A stretch of DNA of 32,000 nucleotides from the NCBI RefSeq assembly GCF_014280175.1, contig NZ_CP047931.1, positions 630,001-662,000 on the forward strand, in the 5' to 3' direction. A program made the position numbers and the translations under genes. The notes under the pieces were generated by a model, which saw nothing but the letters and a program-made list of their open reading frames with translations, made no database searches and was not told the origin of the DNA. Origin of the DNA: Synechococcus sp. A15-28 (GTDB lineage Bacteria; Cyanobacteriota; Cyanobacteriia; PCC-6307; Cyanobiaceae). Below, one piece after another: positions 1 through 9,088 of this stretch (its first letter is position 1; each line of letters opens with the position of its first letter).

Positions 1-387
1 TCCGGGATCCCCCACCACTTCCAGGGTGAGGGCTTCGTTGGCCACATCCACCACCTTGGCCCTGAACACCTGCACCAGGTCGAAGACCGCGCTCCGTGTC
101 TCGGCAGGGGCGGACACCTTCAGCAGCATCAGTTCCCGCTCCACGGCAGGCCGTTGCGTCAGGTCGAGCACCTGAAGCACGTTCACCAGCTTGTCCAGCT
201 GTTTGGTCATTTGCTGGAGGGTCTGGTCATCTCCCTCCACCACCATGGTGAGGCGCGATTGGCGTTCGGCCTCGGCAGGACCCACCGCCAGGCTGTCGAT
301 GTTGAAGCCGCGGCGGGCGAACAGTCCGGCGATCCGACTGAGGGCGCCGGATTCGTCCTCCACCAGCACCGAAAGGGTGTGTTTCAT
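1..387 (-). CDS. ilvH: Acetolactate synthase small (regulatory) subunit, N-terminal 129 codons; C-terminus lies beyond the window start
   Basis: Reverse complement from ATG at 387 reads [39 protein letters not shown]..., the typical AHAS small-subunit ACT-domain N-terminus. The frame stays open to position 1. It is absent from the ORF track because it is truncated by the window edge. Confidence 0.9.
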   Translation of the reverse strand, partial: MKHTLSVLVEDESGALSRIAGLFARRGFNIDSLAVGPAEAERQSRLTMVVEGDDQTLQQMTKQLDKLVNVLQVLDLTQRPAVERELMLLKVSAPAETRSAVFDLVQVFRAKVVDVANEALTLEVVGDPG

Positions 388-412
388 CGCTGCTGGTCGT
401 TCCCGGCCGATC

Positions 413-1324
413 TCACACACCCAAGTTACGGTCCAGCCACGGCAGGACCAGGGCAACGAACTGTTCCGGACGTTCGTCATGGGGGCAGTGGCCGCAGGCA
501 TCGATCACCTGCAGTTCGGTGTTGGGTCGGCAGGCGTGGATCTGTCGGGTCACGCTCAGGGGCACAAATCGATCCTGCTGTCCCCAGATCAACAGCAATG
601 GACATTTCAATTGCTTCAGCAGGGCCGGGGCCGTTGCCCCCCGCGGTCGCAGGGCCATGCCCATGCTCATCGCCCGAAGAGCGCGGGCAGCAGTCGGGCG
701 GCGCGCTGGTCGGGCAATCAGCTGCAGCAGCTCCCGATCCGAAGCGATCGATTGGTGGTAAGCCCCCTGGAGGCCCGATCTGAGCAGACCTGAGCGGGCG
801 ATCAGGGGCACCAGCAGCTCGAGGGGCAGCAGCCTCAGAACCAATCCCACGAGGCGCCGTTGCCAACGGCGTCGCCAGGGCGTTCGTCGTGATGGGATCG
901 GTTGGATCAGGGCTGGGTCCGGCAGCGGTGCGGCCACCACAGCGCGGATCAGTTCCGGTTGGAGCACGGCGGCGGTCAGGGCCGTCAGGGCCCCCAGGGA
1001 ATTGCCCAGCAGTACGGCAGGTCGCTGCACCACCTGTTCGATAAAGGCGTTCACCTGTCGTCCCCAGAGGCGGTTGTCCATGGGGATCGTCGGCTGGTCG
1101 GAGGCTCCGAATCCCAGCAGATCCAGGCTGAACACGCGCCAGCCTTCTTTTGCCAGTCGTGGAGCCGTCTTGCGCCAGTGGCCACTGGCAGCTCCGAATC
1201 CATGCAGCAGAACTATCGCCGGACCATGCTCTGGGCCCAGGATTCTCCAGTGGCACGACCAGCCCTTCCAACGCCAGAGGGCCTGGTCACCCCAGTCGGC
1301 AGTCTGGTGAGCAGTGGTGGTCAA
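413..1324 (-). CDS. Alpha/beta-fold hydrolase
   Basis: 303-aa ORF with an HGFG oxyanion motif ([13 protein letters not shown]), a GNSLGA nucleophile elbow and a C-terminal [11 protein letters not shown] His motif. The only in-frame start is TTG at 1324. Confidence 0.8.
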   Translation of the reverse strand: MTTTAHQTADWGDQALWRWKGWSCHWRILGPEHGPAIVLLHGFGAASGHWRKTAPRLAKEGWRVFSLDLLGFGASDQPTIPMDNRLWGRQVNAFIEQVVQRPAVLLGNSLGALTALTAAVLQPELIRAVVAAPLPDPALIQPIPSRRTPWRRRWQRRLVGLVLRLLPLELLVPLIARSGLLRSGLQGAYHQSIASDRELLQLIARPARRPTAARALRAMSMGMALRPRGATAPALLKQLKCPLLLIWGQQDRFVPLSVTRQIHACRPNTELQVIDACGHCPHDERPEQFVALVLPWLDRNLGV

Positions 1325-2498
1325 AGCACTGGTCGATCCGGAACCTCACTATCGCGAGGGGGCAGCCGAGCTGCTGCTCGGTGACGGCTTCTTCCGCCGC
1401 GACTCTCGGCCGGCCCGGGATTGTTCGGTGCTGCTGGCCTGGCATCAGGCCAGGACGACAACCCGCGAACAACCCCTCCAGTGGCTTGATCTGATGGCCG
1501 GATGCGGCATCCGTGCGCTGCGCTGGGGGCTGGAGGCTGGCGCAGCCTGTTCGATGCCCCCGGAGATCGTGGTGAACGATGCCGATGGCGATCGGCGGTC
1601 CCTGCTGGAGCACAACCTCCGGCCGTTGGCAGCGGCGACCTGCAGCAACGTCCCCGCCGAGCGACTGTTGTGCCAGGCCCAGCTGGAGGGGCATCGCTTT
1701 GATCTGATTGATCTGGATGCCTTCGGCCAGCCGGGTGCCCTGCTCCAGCCAGCCCTGCAGGTGCTTGCGCCGGAGGGAATTCTTGTTCTGGCCAGTACGG
1801 ATGGTCGTTCTCCCACCGGCCATGACCGTTGCGGCGCGATCCGCAGTTTCGGAGCAGCCGCGCGGGCCCATCCCGCCAGCTGGGAGCTGGCGCTGCGCCA
1901 ACAGCTGGGGTTACTGGCACGACAGGCCTGGTTGCTGGGCCGCGGAATCCAACCGTTGTTGAATTTCAGCGACGGTCGCACCTTTCGTCTGGCGATCCGT
2001 CTGGCCCGGCAGCTTCAACCCGGTGAGGAAGCGCAACTGGGTCTGCTGGCCCGTTGCGGAACCTGTGGTGCCCAGCAGAGCCAGTCCCTGCTGCGTCTGC
2101 GTAACTGGCCGGCCTGTCACTGCCCAGCGGAGCAGGGGCGCTGGGCCATCAGTGGCCCGCTCTGGCTGGGACCGTTGCAGGAGATCGAGATCCTGAAGGA
2201 ACTGAGTGGCAGTCCTGTGCCGCTGGCCCCGGCCACGCGGCGATTGTTGCAGCGACTCCAGGCCGACCCGGGGGGGCTGGTGCAGGTCTGGTCGACCGCC
2301 GAGCTGGCCCGCCGTTGCGGATCAGGCCCACCACCGCTGCAACGCCTCGTTGATGCCCTTCGCAGCCGTGGACACCAGGCCTGGCCCAGTGGCGTGATGG
2401 CTGGTCAGGTGCGCACCGATGCCGATCTTCCCGAGCTGTTACAGATCTGCGCCACTGTTCAGGGGGAAGGGCTTTTAATGGACCAACGAACGACCTGA
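1314..2498 (+). CDS. trm1: Trm1-like tRNA (guanine-N2)-dimethyltransferase family protein
   Basis: 394-aa ORF with [25 protein letters not shown] and [20 protein letters not shown]...LASTD, which match the SAM-binding and DLDPFG motifs of the Trm1 family. It also has a C-terminal Cys cluster (CGTCG...CHCP). GTG start at 1314 or 1317. Confidence 0.75.
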   Translation: MVVKALVDPEPHYREGAAELLLGDGFFRRDSRPARDCSVLLAWHQARTTTREQPLQWLDLMAGCGIRALRWGLEAGAACSMPPEIVVNDADGDRRSLLEHNLRPLAAATCSNVPAERLLCQAQLEGHRFDLIDLDAFGQPGALLQPALQVLAPEGILVLASTDGRSPTGHDRCGAIRSFGAAARAHPASWELALRQQLGLLARQAWLLGRGIQPLLNFSDGRTFRLAIRLARQLQPGEEAQLGLLARCGTCGAQQSQSLLRLRNWPACHCPAEQGRWAISGPLWLGPLQEIEILKELSGSPVPLAPATRRLLQRLQADPGGLVQVWSTAELARRCGSGPPPLQRLVDALRSRGHQAWPSGVMAGQVRTDADLPELLQICATVQGEGLLMDQRTT

Positions 2499-2505
2499 CA
2501 ACACC

Positions 2506-2604
2506 ATGGCTTCGGAGATTTTCGGCACTGCCGCCATTTTCTGGGTGCTGATCCCCGTGGGTCTGGCTGGTGGCGCCCTTCTCCTCAAGCTTCAGGGGGA
2601 CTGA
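2506..2604 (+). CDS. petM: Cytochrome b6f complex subunit 7 (PetM), 32 aa
   Basis: ATG at 2506 to TGA at 2602-2604 gives [32 protein letters not shown]. This is a single TM helix ending in KLQG, as in picocyanobacterial PetM. It falls below the ORF-track size cutoff. Confidence 0.85.
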   Translation: MASEIFGTAAIFWVLIPVGLAGGALLLKLQGD

Positions 2605-2659
2605 TCCCCCTCTTGTCACGCGAGCCACTTAGGCTCCACGACTTCTAAGCGAGGGCCCC

Positions 2660-3622
2660 ATGCAGGTTCTGGTGTTGGGTGGCACGGGCACCCTTGGACG
2701 ACAGATAGCCCGCCGTGCCCTTGACGCCGGACATGACGTGCGCTGCATGGTTCGGACCCCTAGAAAGGCGTCCTTTTTGCAGGAGTGGGGTTGCGAGTTG
2801 ACCCGCGGTGACCTGCTGGAGCCCGACAGCCTCGATTACGCCCTGGATGATGTCGATGCTGTGATCGATGCCTCCACCAGTCGCCCCACCGATCCCCACA
2901 GCGTCTACGAGACCGACTGGGACGGAAAGTTAAATCTGCTGCGGGCCTGCGAGCGTGCTGAGGTCAAACGTTTCGTCTTTCTTTCCCTGCTCGGTGCCCA
3001 TCGGCATCGCTCGGTGCCGCTGATGGACATCAAGGCCTGCACCGAGAACCTGCTGGAGTCGTCTGATTTCGACTACACGATCCTGCAGGGCGCAGCCTTC
3101 ATGCAGGGGGTGATCAGTCAGTTCGCCATTCCTGTGCTGGAGAGTCAGACCGTCTGGGTCAGTGGCAGTCCGACGGCAATCGCTTACATGAACTCCCAGG
3201 ACATGGCCCGGTTCGCCGTGGCCGCCCTGGAGCGTCAGGAAACCATTCGCGGCACCTACCCGGTGGTGGGGCCGAAGCCATGGAACACCGGTGAACTGGT
3301 TCAGCTCTGTGAGCGCTGCAGTGGCAAGACCGCCCGGGTGTTCCGTGTTCAGCCGTTCTTGATCAAGCTGATGCAGGGCGTGGCCTCGTTCTTTGAACCA
3401 GCGGTGAACGTGGCGGAGCGCCTCTCTTTCGCAGAGGTGACGGGTGGCGGCCAGGCCCTGGACGCCCCGATGGAGACCAGCTACGCCGCCTTCGGTCTTG
3501 AGCCCACGGAGACCACCGAGATGGAGAGTTACATCAGCGAGTACTACGACACGATCCTGAAACGGCTGCGGGAGATGGAGGCCGATCTGGACAAGGACGC
3601 CAAGAAAAAGCTGCCGTTCTGA
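2660..3622 (+). CDS. ycf39: Atypical short-chain dehydrogenase / NmrA-like protein, Ycf39 homologue (PSII assembly factor family)
   Basis: 320-aa ORF with N-terminal Rossmann motif MQVLVLGGTGTLGRQIARRAL and overall Ycf39-like organisation. It sits next to petM. Confidence 0.8.
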   Translation: MQVLVLGGTGTLGRQIARRALDAGHDVRCMVRTPRKASFLQEWGCELTRGDLLEPDSLDYALDDVDAVIDASTSRPTDPHSVYETDWDGKLNLLRACERAEVKRFVFLSLLGAHRHRSVPLMDIKACTENLLESSDFDYTILQGAAFMQGVISQFAIPVLESQTVWVSGSPTAIAYMNSQDMARFAVAALERQETIRGTYPVVGPKPWNTGELVQLCERCSGKTARVFRVQPFLIKLMQGVASFFEPAVNVAERLSFAEVTGGGQALDAPMETSYAAFGLEPTETTEMESYISEYYDTILKRLREMEADLDKDAKKKLPF

Positions 3623-3676
3623 GCCGCTTGTGTTTGCTTAGTTCTTTTGTACTATTGAGGGGTCAGGGCTGGTTCG

Positions 3677-3892
3677 ATGGCAGTTGCTCAGTTGAAGAAT
3701 CTGCAGCGTCGGCTGCAGTTGCTCACCGATGAAGCGGAGCAGGGCTTGACCCGTTCCTGCGGTCATGAGCTGTGGAAGAGCGTCGGCCCTGATGCAATCG
3801 ACGGGCTCGAAGACCCCGCCCGCCGTGCGGAGGCCAACTACTGGTACGGCCAGTGGAACGTCGTCCGTGAACTTCAGGAGGCCTTCGGCTGA
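3677..3892 (+). CDS. Hypothetical 71-aa helical protein, translationally coupled to the downstream methyltransferase
   Basis: ATG-initiated ORF with GC-rich third codon positions. Its TGA (3890-3892) overlaps the next gene's ATG (3892-3894). No family recognised. Confidence 0.55.
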   Translation: MAVAQLKNLQRRLQLLTDEAEQGLTRSCGHELWKSVGPDAIDGLEDPARRAEANYWYGQWNVVRELQEAFG

Positions 3893-4704
3893 TGGCGGAG
3901 TCCTGCTGCTCGTCTTCAGAACCAGTGGATCAGTCCGAAGCCGTGGATGCCCGCTACGGCGCGGCTGCCCACGAGCGTGAGGCTTGCCTGTGCACGCCGG
4001 TTGGGTTCGATCCGGCACTGCTTCAGGTGATTCCCGATGCGGTGGTGGAACGTGACTACGGGTGCGGCGATCCCACCCGCTGGGTTCGCCCGGGTGATCG
4101 CGTGCTGGATCTGGGCAGTGGTAGCGGCAAGAACGCCTTCATCTGCTCCCAGGTCGTTGGAGCGGACGGGGCTGTGCTGGGGGTTGATCGCAATCCCGAC
4201 ATGCTGAGCCTCTCGCGTCAGGCGGCGCCGGCGGTGGCCGAGGCCATCGGCTACGGCAATGTCCGTTTTGTTGAGGGCGCCATCGAAGCGCTGGATGAGC
4301 AGGACGACGCTGCTGAACCGCTGGTGCCGGACGCCAGCATCGATGTGGTGCTCAGCAACTGTGTGCTCAACCTGGTGAATCCGTCCTCTCGGCAGCGGCT
4401 CCTGGCCAACATCCGCCGGGTGCTGGCCCCGGGAGGCCGTGTCGCCATCAGCGACATCGTCTGCGACAAGCCGGTGCCGATGCATCTCCAGCAGGATCCG
4501 GACCTGTGGAGTGGCTGCATCAGTGGTGCCTGGCAGGAAGACGAGTTTCTGGCGGATTTCCGTCAGCTGGGTCTGGAGCAGGTGTCTTTTGCCGATCGCA
4601 GTGAACAGCCCTGGCGAACGGTGGAGGGCATTGAATTTCGTGCTGTCACCCTCGTCGGTCAGCTCCCCGGCGCGCCATCCGGCTCCGGGGCCGGCTGCTG
4701 CTGA
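3892..4704 (+). CDS. arsM: ArsM-like SAM-dependent (arsenite/metalloid) methyltransferase
   Basis: SAM motif VLDLGSGSGKNAF plus ArsM-style cysteine motifs: EACLC, DYGCGDP, VLSNCVLNLV and WSGCISGA. Extra Cys pairs at both termini (MAESCC..., ...GAGCC). Confidence 0.7.
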   Translation: MAESCCSSSEPVDQSEAVDARYGAAAHEREACLCTPVGFDPALLQVIPDAVVERDYGCGDPTRWVRPGDRVLDLGSGSGKNAFICSQVVGADGAVLGVDRNPDMLSLSRQAAPAVAEAIGYGNVRFVEGAIEALDEQDDAAEPLVPDASIDVVLSNCVLNLVNPSSRQRLLANIRRVLAPGGRVAISDIVCDKPVPMHLQQDPDLWSGCISGAWQEDEFLADFRQLGLEQVSFADRSEQPWRTVEGIEFRAVTLVGQLPGAPSGSGAGCC

Positions 4705-5323
4705 GCAGGCGGTTCAGCCGGCCCTGTTCAGCGTTGGTGACCGGCCGCCAGCGTCCAGCTGGTAGATCCTTCAGATCAAGTTCAGCCTTTCCGTCCATCA
4801 GGTCGATGCGACAGCGGACCAACCTCAGGGTTGGCAGGCCCACGGCGGCAGTCATGCGGCGCACCTGGCGGTTGCGGCCTTCCCTCAGGGACAGCTCAAG
4901 CCAACTGGTGGGAATGGTGGCGCGAACCCGAATCGGAGGATCCCGTTCTGGAAGGTCTGGCATCTCCTCTCCCTGCAGCCAGCGAACCCGTGCCGGCATG
5001 GTTCGCTTGCGTTGAATCTCAATCCCCTCCCGCAACCGATTCAACTGCGCATCGTCCGGTTGTCCCTCCACCTGGACCCAGTAGCTGCGCCAGTGGCCGA
5101 AACGCGGATCGGTGAGGCGTTGCTGAAGGCGACCCTGATCAGTCAGCAACAGAAGACCTTCGCTGTCTGCGTCCAATCGTCCTGCGGCATAAACCTCAGG
5201 CACATTGATGAACTCAGCCAGACAACGCCAGCGGCTAGCTGCCTCAGGGGTGAACTGACTGAGGACGCCGTAGGGCTTGTTGAACAGCAGGGTGGTCAAC
5301 CGGCGTTTTCGCGGGCCCTCCAC
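4646..5323 (-). CDS. rluE: RsuA/RluE-family 23S rRNA pseudouridine synthase
   Basis: TLLFNKPYGVLSQF, the catalytic-Asp motif AGRLDADSEGLLLLT and REGRNRQVRRM are typical of the RluE/RsuA family. GTG start at 5323. The 3' tail overlaps the arsM-like 3' end by 59 nt (convergent). Confidence 0.75.
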   Translation of the reverse strand: MEGPRKRRLTTLLFNKPYGVLSQFTPEAASRWRCLAEFINVPEVYAAGRLDADSEGLLLLTDQGRLQQRLTDPRFGHWRSYWVQVEGQPDDAQLNRLREGIEIQRKRTMPARVRWLQGEEMPDLPERDPPIRVRATIPTSWLELSLREGRNRQVRRMTAAVGLPTLRLVRCRIDLMDGKAELDLKDLPAGRWRPVTNAEQGRLNRLLSSSRPRSRMARRGADRRG

Positions 5324-5424
5324 AGATTGACAACGCCAATCGAGATCAGCAGCAGGCCCAGGTCCATGGTGATCGGAGGCAGCAGCACGGCAGGGCAGGC
5401 AGAACCCGCGGAGCCTAGAAGCAC
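5296..5424 (-). CDS. Candidate small hydrophobic peptide (42 aa from GTG 5424, or 23 aa from ATG 5367). Speculative.
   Basis: MLLGSAGSACPAVLLPPITMDLGLLLISIGVVNLWRARENAG has two hydrophobic stretches. 30 of 41 codons end in G/C. It lies in the otherwise empty 167-bp rluE/IF-1-like spacer and overlaps the rluE start by 28 nt. No homology recognised. Confidence 0.2.
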   Translation of the reverse strand: MLLGSAGSACPAVLLPPITMDLGLLLISIGVVNLWRARENAG

Positions 5425-5490
5425 AAGAGGCAGAAGCGGGCTTGAAGGTGCCCTTTTAAAGTGGCTGTACTTCAGATAAGCCAGCGGCGC

Positions 5491-5760
5491 ATGATCGAAA
5501 CCTCGGGCGTGATCGAGAAGGAACAGGGAAATGGGTTCTATCTGGTCACCCTTGAGCAGCCTGCTGGTCACCAATGCCTGTGCCGGGCCGCCGGAAAACT
5601 CACCAAGTTCCGCATCAAGCTGCTCGCCGGCGACAAGGTTCTGGTGGAGATCAGCCCCTACGACCTCACCCGCGGCCGCATCACCTACCGGGAACGCAAT
5701 GCAGGTGCCCCTGGTGGCCGCCCGGGTGGCAACCGACCAGGGGGACCGCGTCGTCGTTAA
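5491..5760 (+). CDS. IF-1-like S1/OB-fold protein with Arg/Gly/Pro-rich C-terminal tail
   Basis: [22 protein letters not shown]...[32 protein letters not shown] aligns by eye with bacterial IF-1 (...[21 protein letters not shown].FR). It is followed by [22 protein letters not shown] at 5491 is preferred over the track's GTG at 5461. Confidence 0.75.
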   Translation: MIETSGVIEKEQGNGFYLVTLEQPAGHQCLCRAAGKLTKFRIKLLAGDKVLVEISPYDLTRGRITYRERNAGAPGGRPGGNRPGGPRRR

Positions 5761-7127
5761 GCAGCAAGGGACTCAATCGCAGCCTTGAATTCGCTGCGGG
5801 GCTTCACGCCCCGCCACTGCTTCACCATAGCTTTGTTGTGGAACAGCTGCACCGTCGGCGTTCCACTCACTCCCGCCTGCTCGGCAATGGCCTGATCGGC
5901 TTCGATGTCGATCACAACAGCCTGGGCATCACCGTCGAGCTCGGTGATCACACGCTGCAGCTGTGGCTTGAGCACGTGGCACGGACCGCAGGTGGGTGAG
6001 GTGTAAACCACCAGCAGCGGCTTGTCGCTGTCGTGATAAAGCTTGCGGAGGGCGAAGCTGCCTTTTTGCCACAGCCCCTGGGGGTCGTAGCTCTCCTCGG
6101 TTGTGACGGCCACATTCACGGGTTGTTCTGCCTGGGCCGGCTCCACGGATGCTCTGGCGACGCGGGTGGCCAGGTTGTGGTGGCTGAGCCAGCGCTCCGC
6201 TGCCAGGGCCGCTTTGCAGCCGCTGCCGGCGGCAGTGATGCCTTGCCTCCATTCGGCGTCGGCCACGTCGCCGGCTGAAAACACCCCGTCCACGGAGGTT
6301 TCCGGGCGCCCTGAGTCGGTGACCAGGTAACCCTTCCCATCCAACTCGATCTGACCCTTGAGCAGATCGGTGTTCGGAGTGTGGCCAATGGCATAGAACA
6401 GGCCTCGCACCGCGAGGGAGCGGGTCTCTCCGGTCACCCGGTCCCGAAGAGTGAGGGATTCCATCCACTCTCCGCCTGCCACATCTTCGATCTCACTGTT
6501 CCAGTGCACCGTGATGGCTGGATTGGCCATCACGCGATCGGCCATGGCGGCGCTCGCTCGGAATTGGTCGGATCGGACGATCAGATGGACGTGGCTGCCG
6601 TACTTGGTGAGATAGACCGCTTCCTCGCAAGCGGAATCACCACCCCCAACTACCGCCAGTTCCTCATTGCGGAACTGCGGGGTGGCCCCATCGCAGATCG
6701 CGCAGGCACTAATGCCACTGCTCCAATAGCGCTCCTCTGTGGGCAGGCCAAGCCGGTTCGCACTGGCACCGGTGGCGATGACCACGGCATGGGCCTGGAT
6801 CGTCTCTCCGTCAGCTTCGATGCGGAAGGGGCGCTGGTTCAGGTCAATCCGGTCTGCATCGGCTTCGATCAGGTGGGTGCCCCAGCGCACGGCCTGGGCT
6901 TTCATCAGGTCCATCAGGTCTGGACCGAGGATTCCATCGGGGAACCCCGGAAAGTTCTCCACGTGGGTGGTGGTCATCAATTGGCCGCCAGGGATGCCTC
7001 CCCGCTGGAACCCTGTGATCAGGAGCGGCTGCAGGTTGGCCCGTGCGGCGTAGATGGCAGCGGTGTAGCCGGCAGGCCCTGAGCCAACGATGACGAGATT
7101 TTCAACGTGCCCGGAAGCGTCGGACAT
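5757..7127 (-). CDS. ntrc: NADPH-dependent thioredoxin reductase C (NTR domain fused to a thioredoxin domain)
   Basis: 456 aa with the FAD motif [18 protein letters not shown], redox CAICDG and NADPH motif [12 protein letters not shown]. The C-terminal Trx domain carries [10 protein letters not shown]. Confidence 0.9.
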   Translation of the reverse strand: MSDASGHVENLVIVGSGPAGYTAAIYAARANLQPLLITGFQRGGIPGGQLMTTTHVENFPGFPDGILGPDLMDLMKAQAVRWGTHLIEADADRIDLNQRPFRIEADGETIQAHAVVIATGASANRLGLPTEERYWSSGISACAICDGATPQFRNEELAVVGGGDSACEEAVYLTKYGSHVHLIVRSDQFRASAAMADRVMANPAITVHWNSEIEDVAGGEWMESLTLRDRVTGETRSLAVRGLFYAIGHTPNTDLLKGQIELDGKGYLVTDSGRPETSVDGVFSAGDVADAEWRQGITAAGSGCKAALAAERWLSHHNLATRVARASVEPAQAEQPVNVAVTTEESYDPQGLWQKGSFALRKLYHDSDKPLLVVYTSPTCGPCHVLKPQLQRVITELDGDAQAVVIDIEADQAIAEQAGVSGTPTVQLFHNKAMVKQWRGVKPRSEFKAAIESLAA

Positions 7128-7255
7128 TCACTAACGCGGAATGACTATGAGTTGAGTTTACGGCTGGCGTTGATGGCGCCGAGGGCGGAGAACCGGGCTG
7201 TCGCGGCGGGAATCTGTTCACTCGAAACGGTATTAGCGGCTATTTAATAAATTCT

Positions 7256-7504
7256 TCAGATTTCAATTTGAAAATCGCTTGACAGGCGGTCTTGCATTCT
7301 TCCGCCCTTGCTTGGGTTGCGAGGAACCGCCAGAACGCTGGCCTCGAGCATGGCCTCGTTTTCGCCCATGCAGGTGATCCATTCGCGGAATTCTTCGGTG
7401 ACCGCATAACTGTCTTCATAGCGCTCCTCCTTGTCCAGGACAGCGATTCGGGTGGAGGCCCAGCCGGTGGCAACGCAGACTCGACGTTCCATTGCAGCGT
7501 CCAT
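7256..7504 (-). CDS. Hypothetical small acidic protein (82 aa, or 78 aa from ATG 7492)
   Basis: ATG-initiated ORF with mostly GC-rich third positions, 96 nt downstream of the helicase on the same strand. No family recognised. Confidence 0.5.
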   Translation of the reverse strand: MDAAMERRVCVATGWASTRIAVLDKEERYEDSYAVTEEFREWITCMGENEAMLEASVLAVPRNPSKGGRMQDRLSSDFQIEI

Positions 7505-7600
7505 GGATGCCCCTTAACGAAGAACAGAATGCAGGATCAAGGTCCCGGATCGGGACTTGATTTCGCAGAAATTCGCATTTTTCTCTGCTGAAAGATGTCG

Positions 7601-9074
7601 TCAACGCTGCAAAAAAGAAGGCAGTTGCGGCGTTTTCAGGCGAATCATGGCCCCCGCTCCGTCGTTGACTGCCTCCAGCGGCAGGCTGGGGCCTCGTCCA
7701 GGACCAGGGGAATCGCTCAGGGGGGCCTCGTGGCTGTTATGCGAGCCCAGCACATAGGGCTCTGCCACGGACCAGGAGCGGGCGTAGCCCATCAGCAGAG
7801 GGTCCGCAGGGGCCACCACGTAGGAGGGGTTGCGGGGAACAGGCTCGTGTTCCGCCAGCTCCGGGGTCATGCGGACGGCCCGGGTGATGCCTTGGAGAAA
7901 GCGGCTGCGGGTGACCACCGTCGTCAGATAAGCCACCACCCTGAGGCGGGGGGCGTCAAATCCCTCGGCGCACATGTCGATGCTCACCAGCCAGTCCGCT
8001 GCGCCGGACTGAAAATCATCGAGACGAGATGCGGCATCAGGGTCCTGGGAATGGACCAGATCCACCCTGTAGCCATCGTCCTTGAGAAGGGTGGCGATGG
8101 CTGAGGCATGGTCGATGTCGCGGGCGATCACCAGTCCCGCGGCATTGGGTTGCTGCTGGCGAACCCTGGAGAGTCGTCGCTGGGCCTGCAGAATCACCTG
8201 CTGACCGATACAGCTGCTGTCCGCCAGTCGGATGGCGCGGCGCAGATTGCGGGCGCGCCAGCTCTCGCGCTGCTCCTGGGAGAGGGGGGAGACATCACGA
8301 TCGGGGCGGCCCTCCTGGCTGTGCTCCACCCAGCCGTCCTGAAAGTGGAATTCCAGGGGGCGCACGTCTCCTGCGGCGATCAGTTCCCGCGGTTCCACGC
8401 AGAGATCAGGCTGGATCTGCTCCACCAGCTCACCGTTCTGCACCGTGCGGATGCGGCGTGCTGCGCAGAAGCCGAGGTTGTCGGCGCGAAACGGGGTACC
8501 CGTCAATCCCAGGCGCAGGCGGCAGTGGGATGTCTGCTCCTCAAAGCTCAGGCTCCAGGCTGCTGCTCCAGGCTCGTCGGGATCCAACCCGAGGTGGTGG
8601 GCTTCGTCCGCAATGGCCAGCTGGCTTGAGCTGGGCCAGGGGCGGAGTGCTGCCGCAAGCTGCTGCGGCTGACGACCGGCGGATTGATACGTCAGCAGCA
8701 GGCCATCCGCCTGGCTCAGCCTCCCTGGCTCGCAGGGCCAGCTGACCAGGCTGAGCCCCAACCGTGCAGCGGCCCGTTGCCATTGCTCCAGGATCGAGGT
8801 GCGGTGGCAGAACACCAGGAAGTGCTGCAGCCGTTGTTCCCGACGCATGCTGCGAAAGGCCAGCAGCGCCCCAAGGGTCTTTCCAGCACCGGGGCCTGCG
8901 AAGACGAGGACGTCCTGTTCACCGGCCGCTTCACCATCCAGACGACGACGCAGCAGCTGGATCAGATGGGTTTGCCACTGCCTTGGTTGGATCGCGGGCC
9001 CGGATCCAGAAGGCTCAACGTCAAAGCTGATATGAGCGATGGTGTGCGGGGGAAAGATGAGTCTTTTTAACCAT
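7601..9074 (-). CDS. Superfamily-2 DEAH-box helicase (type III restriction Res-subunit-like core) with an apparent 5' frameshift or non-canonical start
   Basis: The frame is open from 9094 to the stop at 7601-7603. Walker A GPGAGKT (8876-8896) and a Q-motif-like PRQWQ lie upstream of the first in-frame ATG (8848). Downstream are IADEAHHLG (DEAH), LTGTPFR (motif III) and QGITRAVR (motif VI). The upstream ATGs at 9074 and 9092 are in the +1 frame. The listed span is therefore not a multiple of 3. Confidence 0.75.
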
Positions 9075-9088
9075 TTCGAACCACTTCG
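9069..9088. repeat. Near-perfect 10-nt tandem direct repeat AACCATTTCG|AACCACTTCG (9/10 identical)
   Basis: Read directly from the sequence. It lies between the out-of-frame ATG at 9092 and the helicase reading frame. Confidence 0.9.

Noticed and set aside
411-420. TCTCACACAC, reminiscent of the Yfr1 sRNA core (ACUCCUCACAC)
   Set aside because: It is only a partial match. It overlaps the hydrolase stop codon in a 25-nt gap with no flanking stem-loops, which is too little space for an sRNA gene.
154-793. Two ~200-aa plus-strand ORFs spanning the ilvH/hydrolase boundary
   Set aside because: They overlap the well-supported ilvH N-terminus and the hydrolase C-terminus on the opposite strand. 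Their composition is Arg/Gly/Ser/Pro-rich.
4003-4013. GGGTTCGATCC, a tRNA T-arm-like sequence
   Set aside because: It lies inside the ArsM-like coding frame, and no acceptor, D or anticodon arms can be folded around it. It is not a tRNA.
7230-7243. GTA-N8-TAT, a near match to the NtcA box GTA-N8-TAC, upstream of NTRC
   Set aside because: One half-site is imperfect, and I could not find a properly spaced -10 element (TAN3T) downstream on the NTRC strand. It is likely chance in an AT-rich spacer.
7537-7560. Interrupted hairpin TCAA(G)GTCCCG-GAT-CGGGAC-TTGA, about 40 nt downstream of the helicase stop
   Set aside because: It was considered as an intrinsic terminator. However, it has only a 3-nt loop and a bulge, and no U-tract follows on the minus strand. 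That is not enough to call a terminator; it may be a minor RNA structure.
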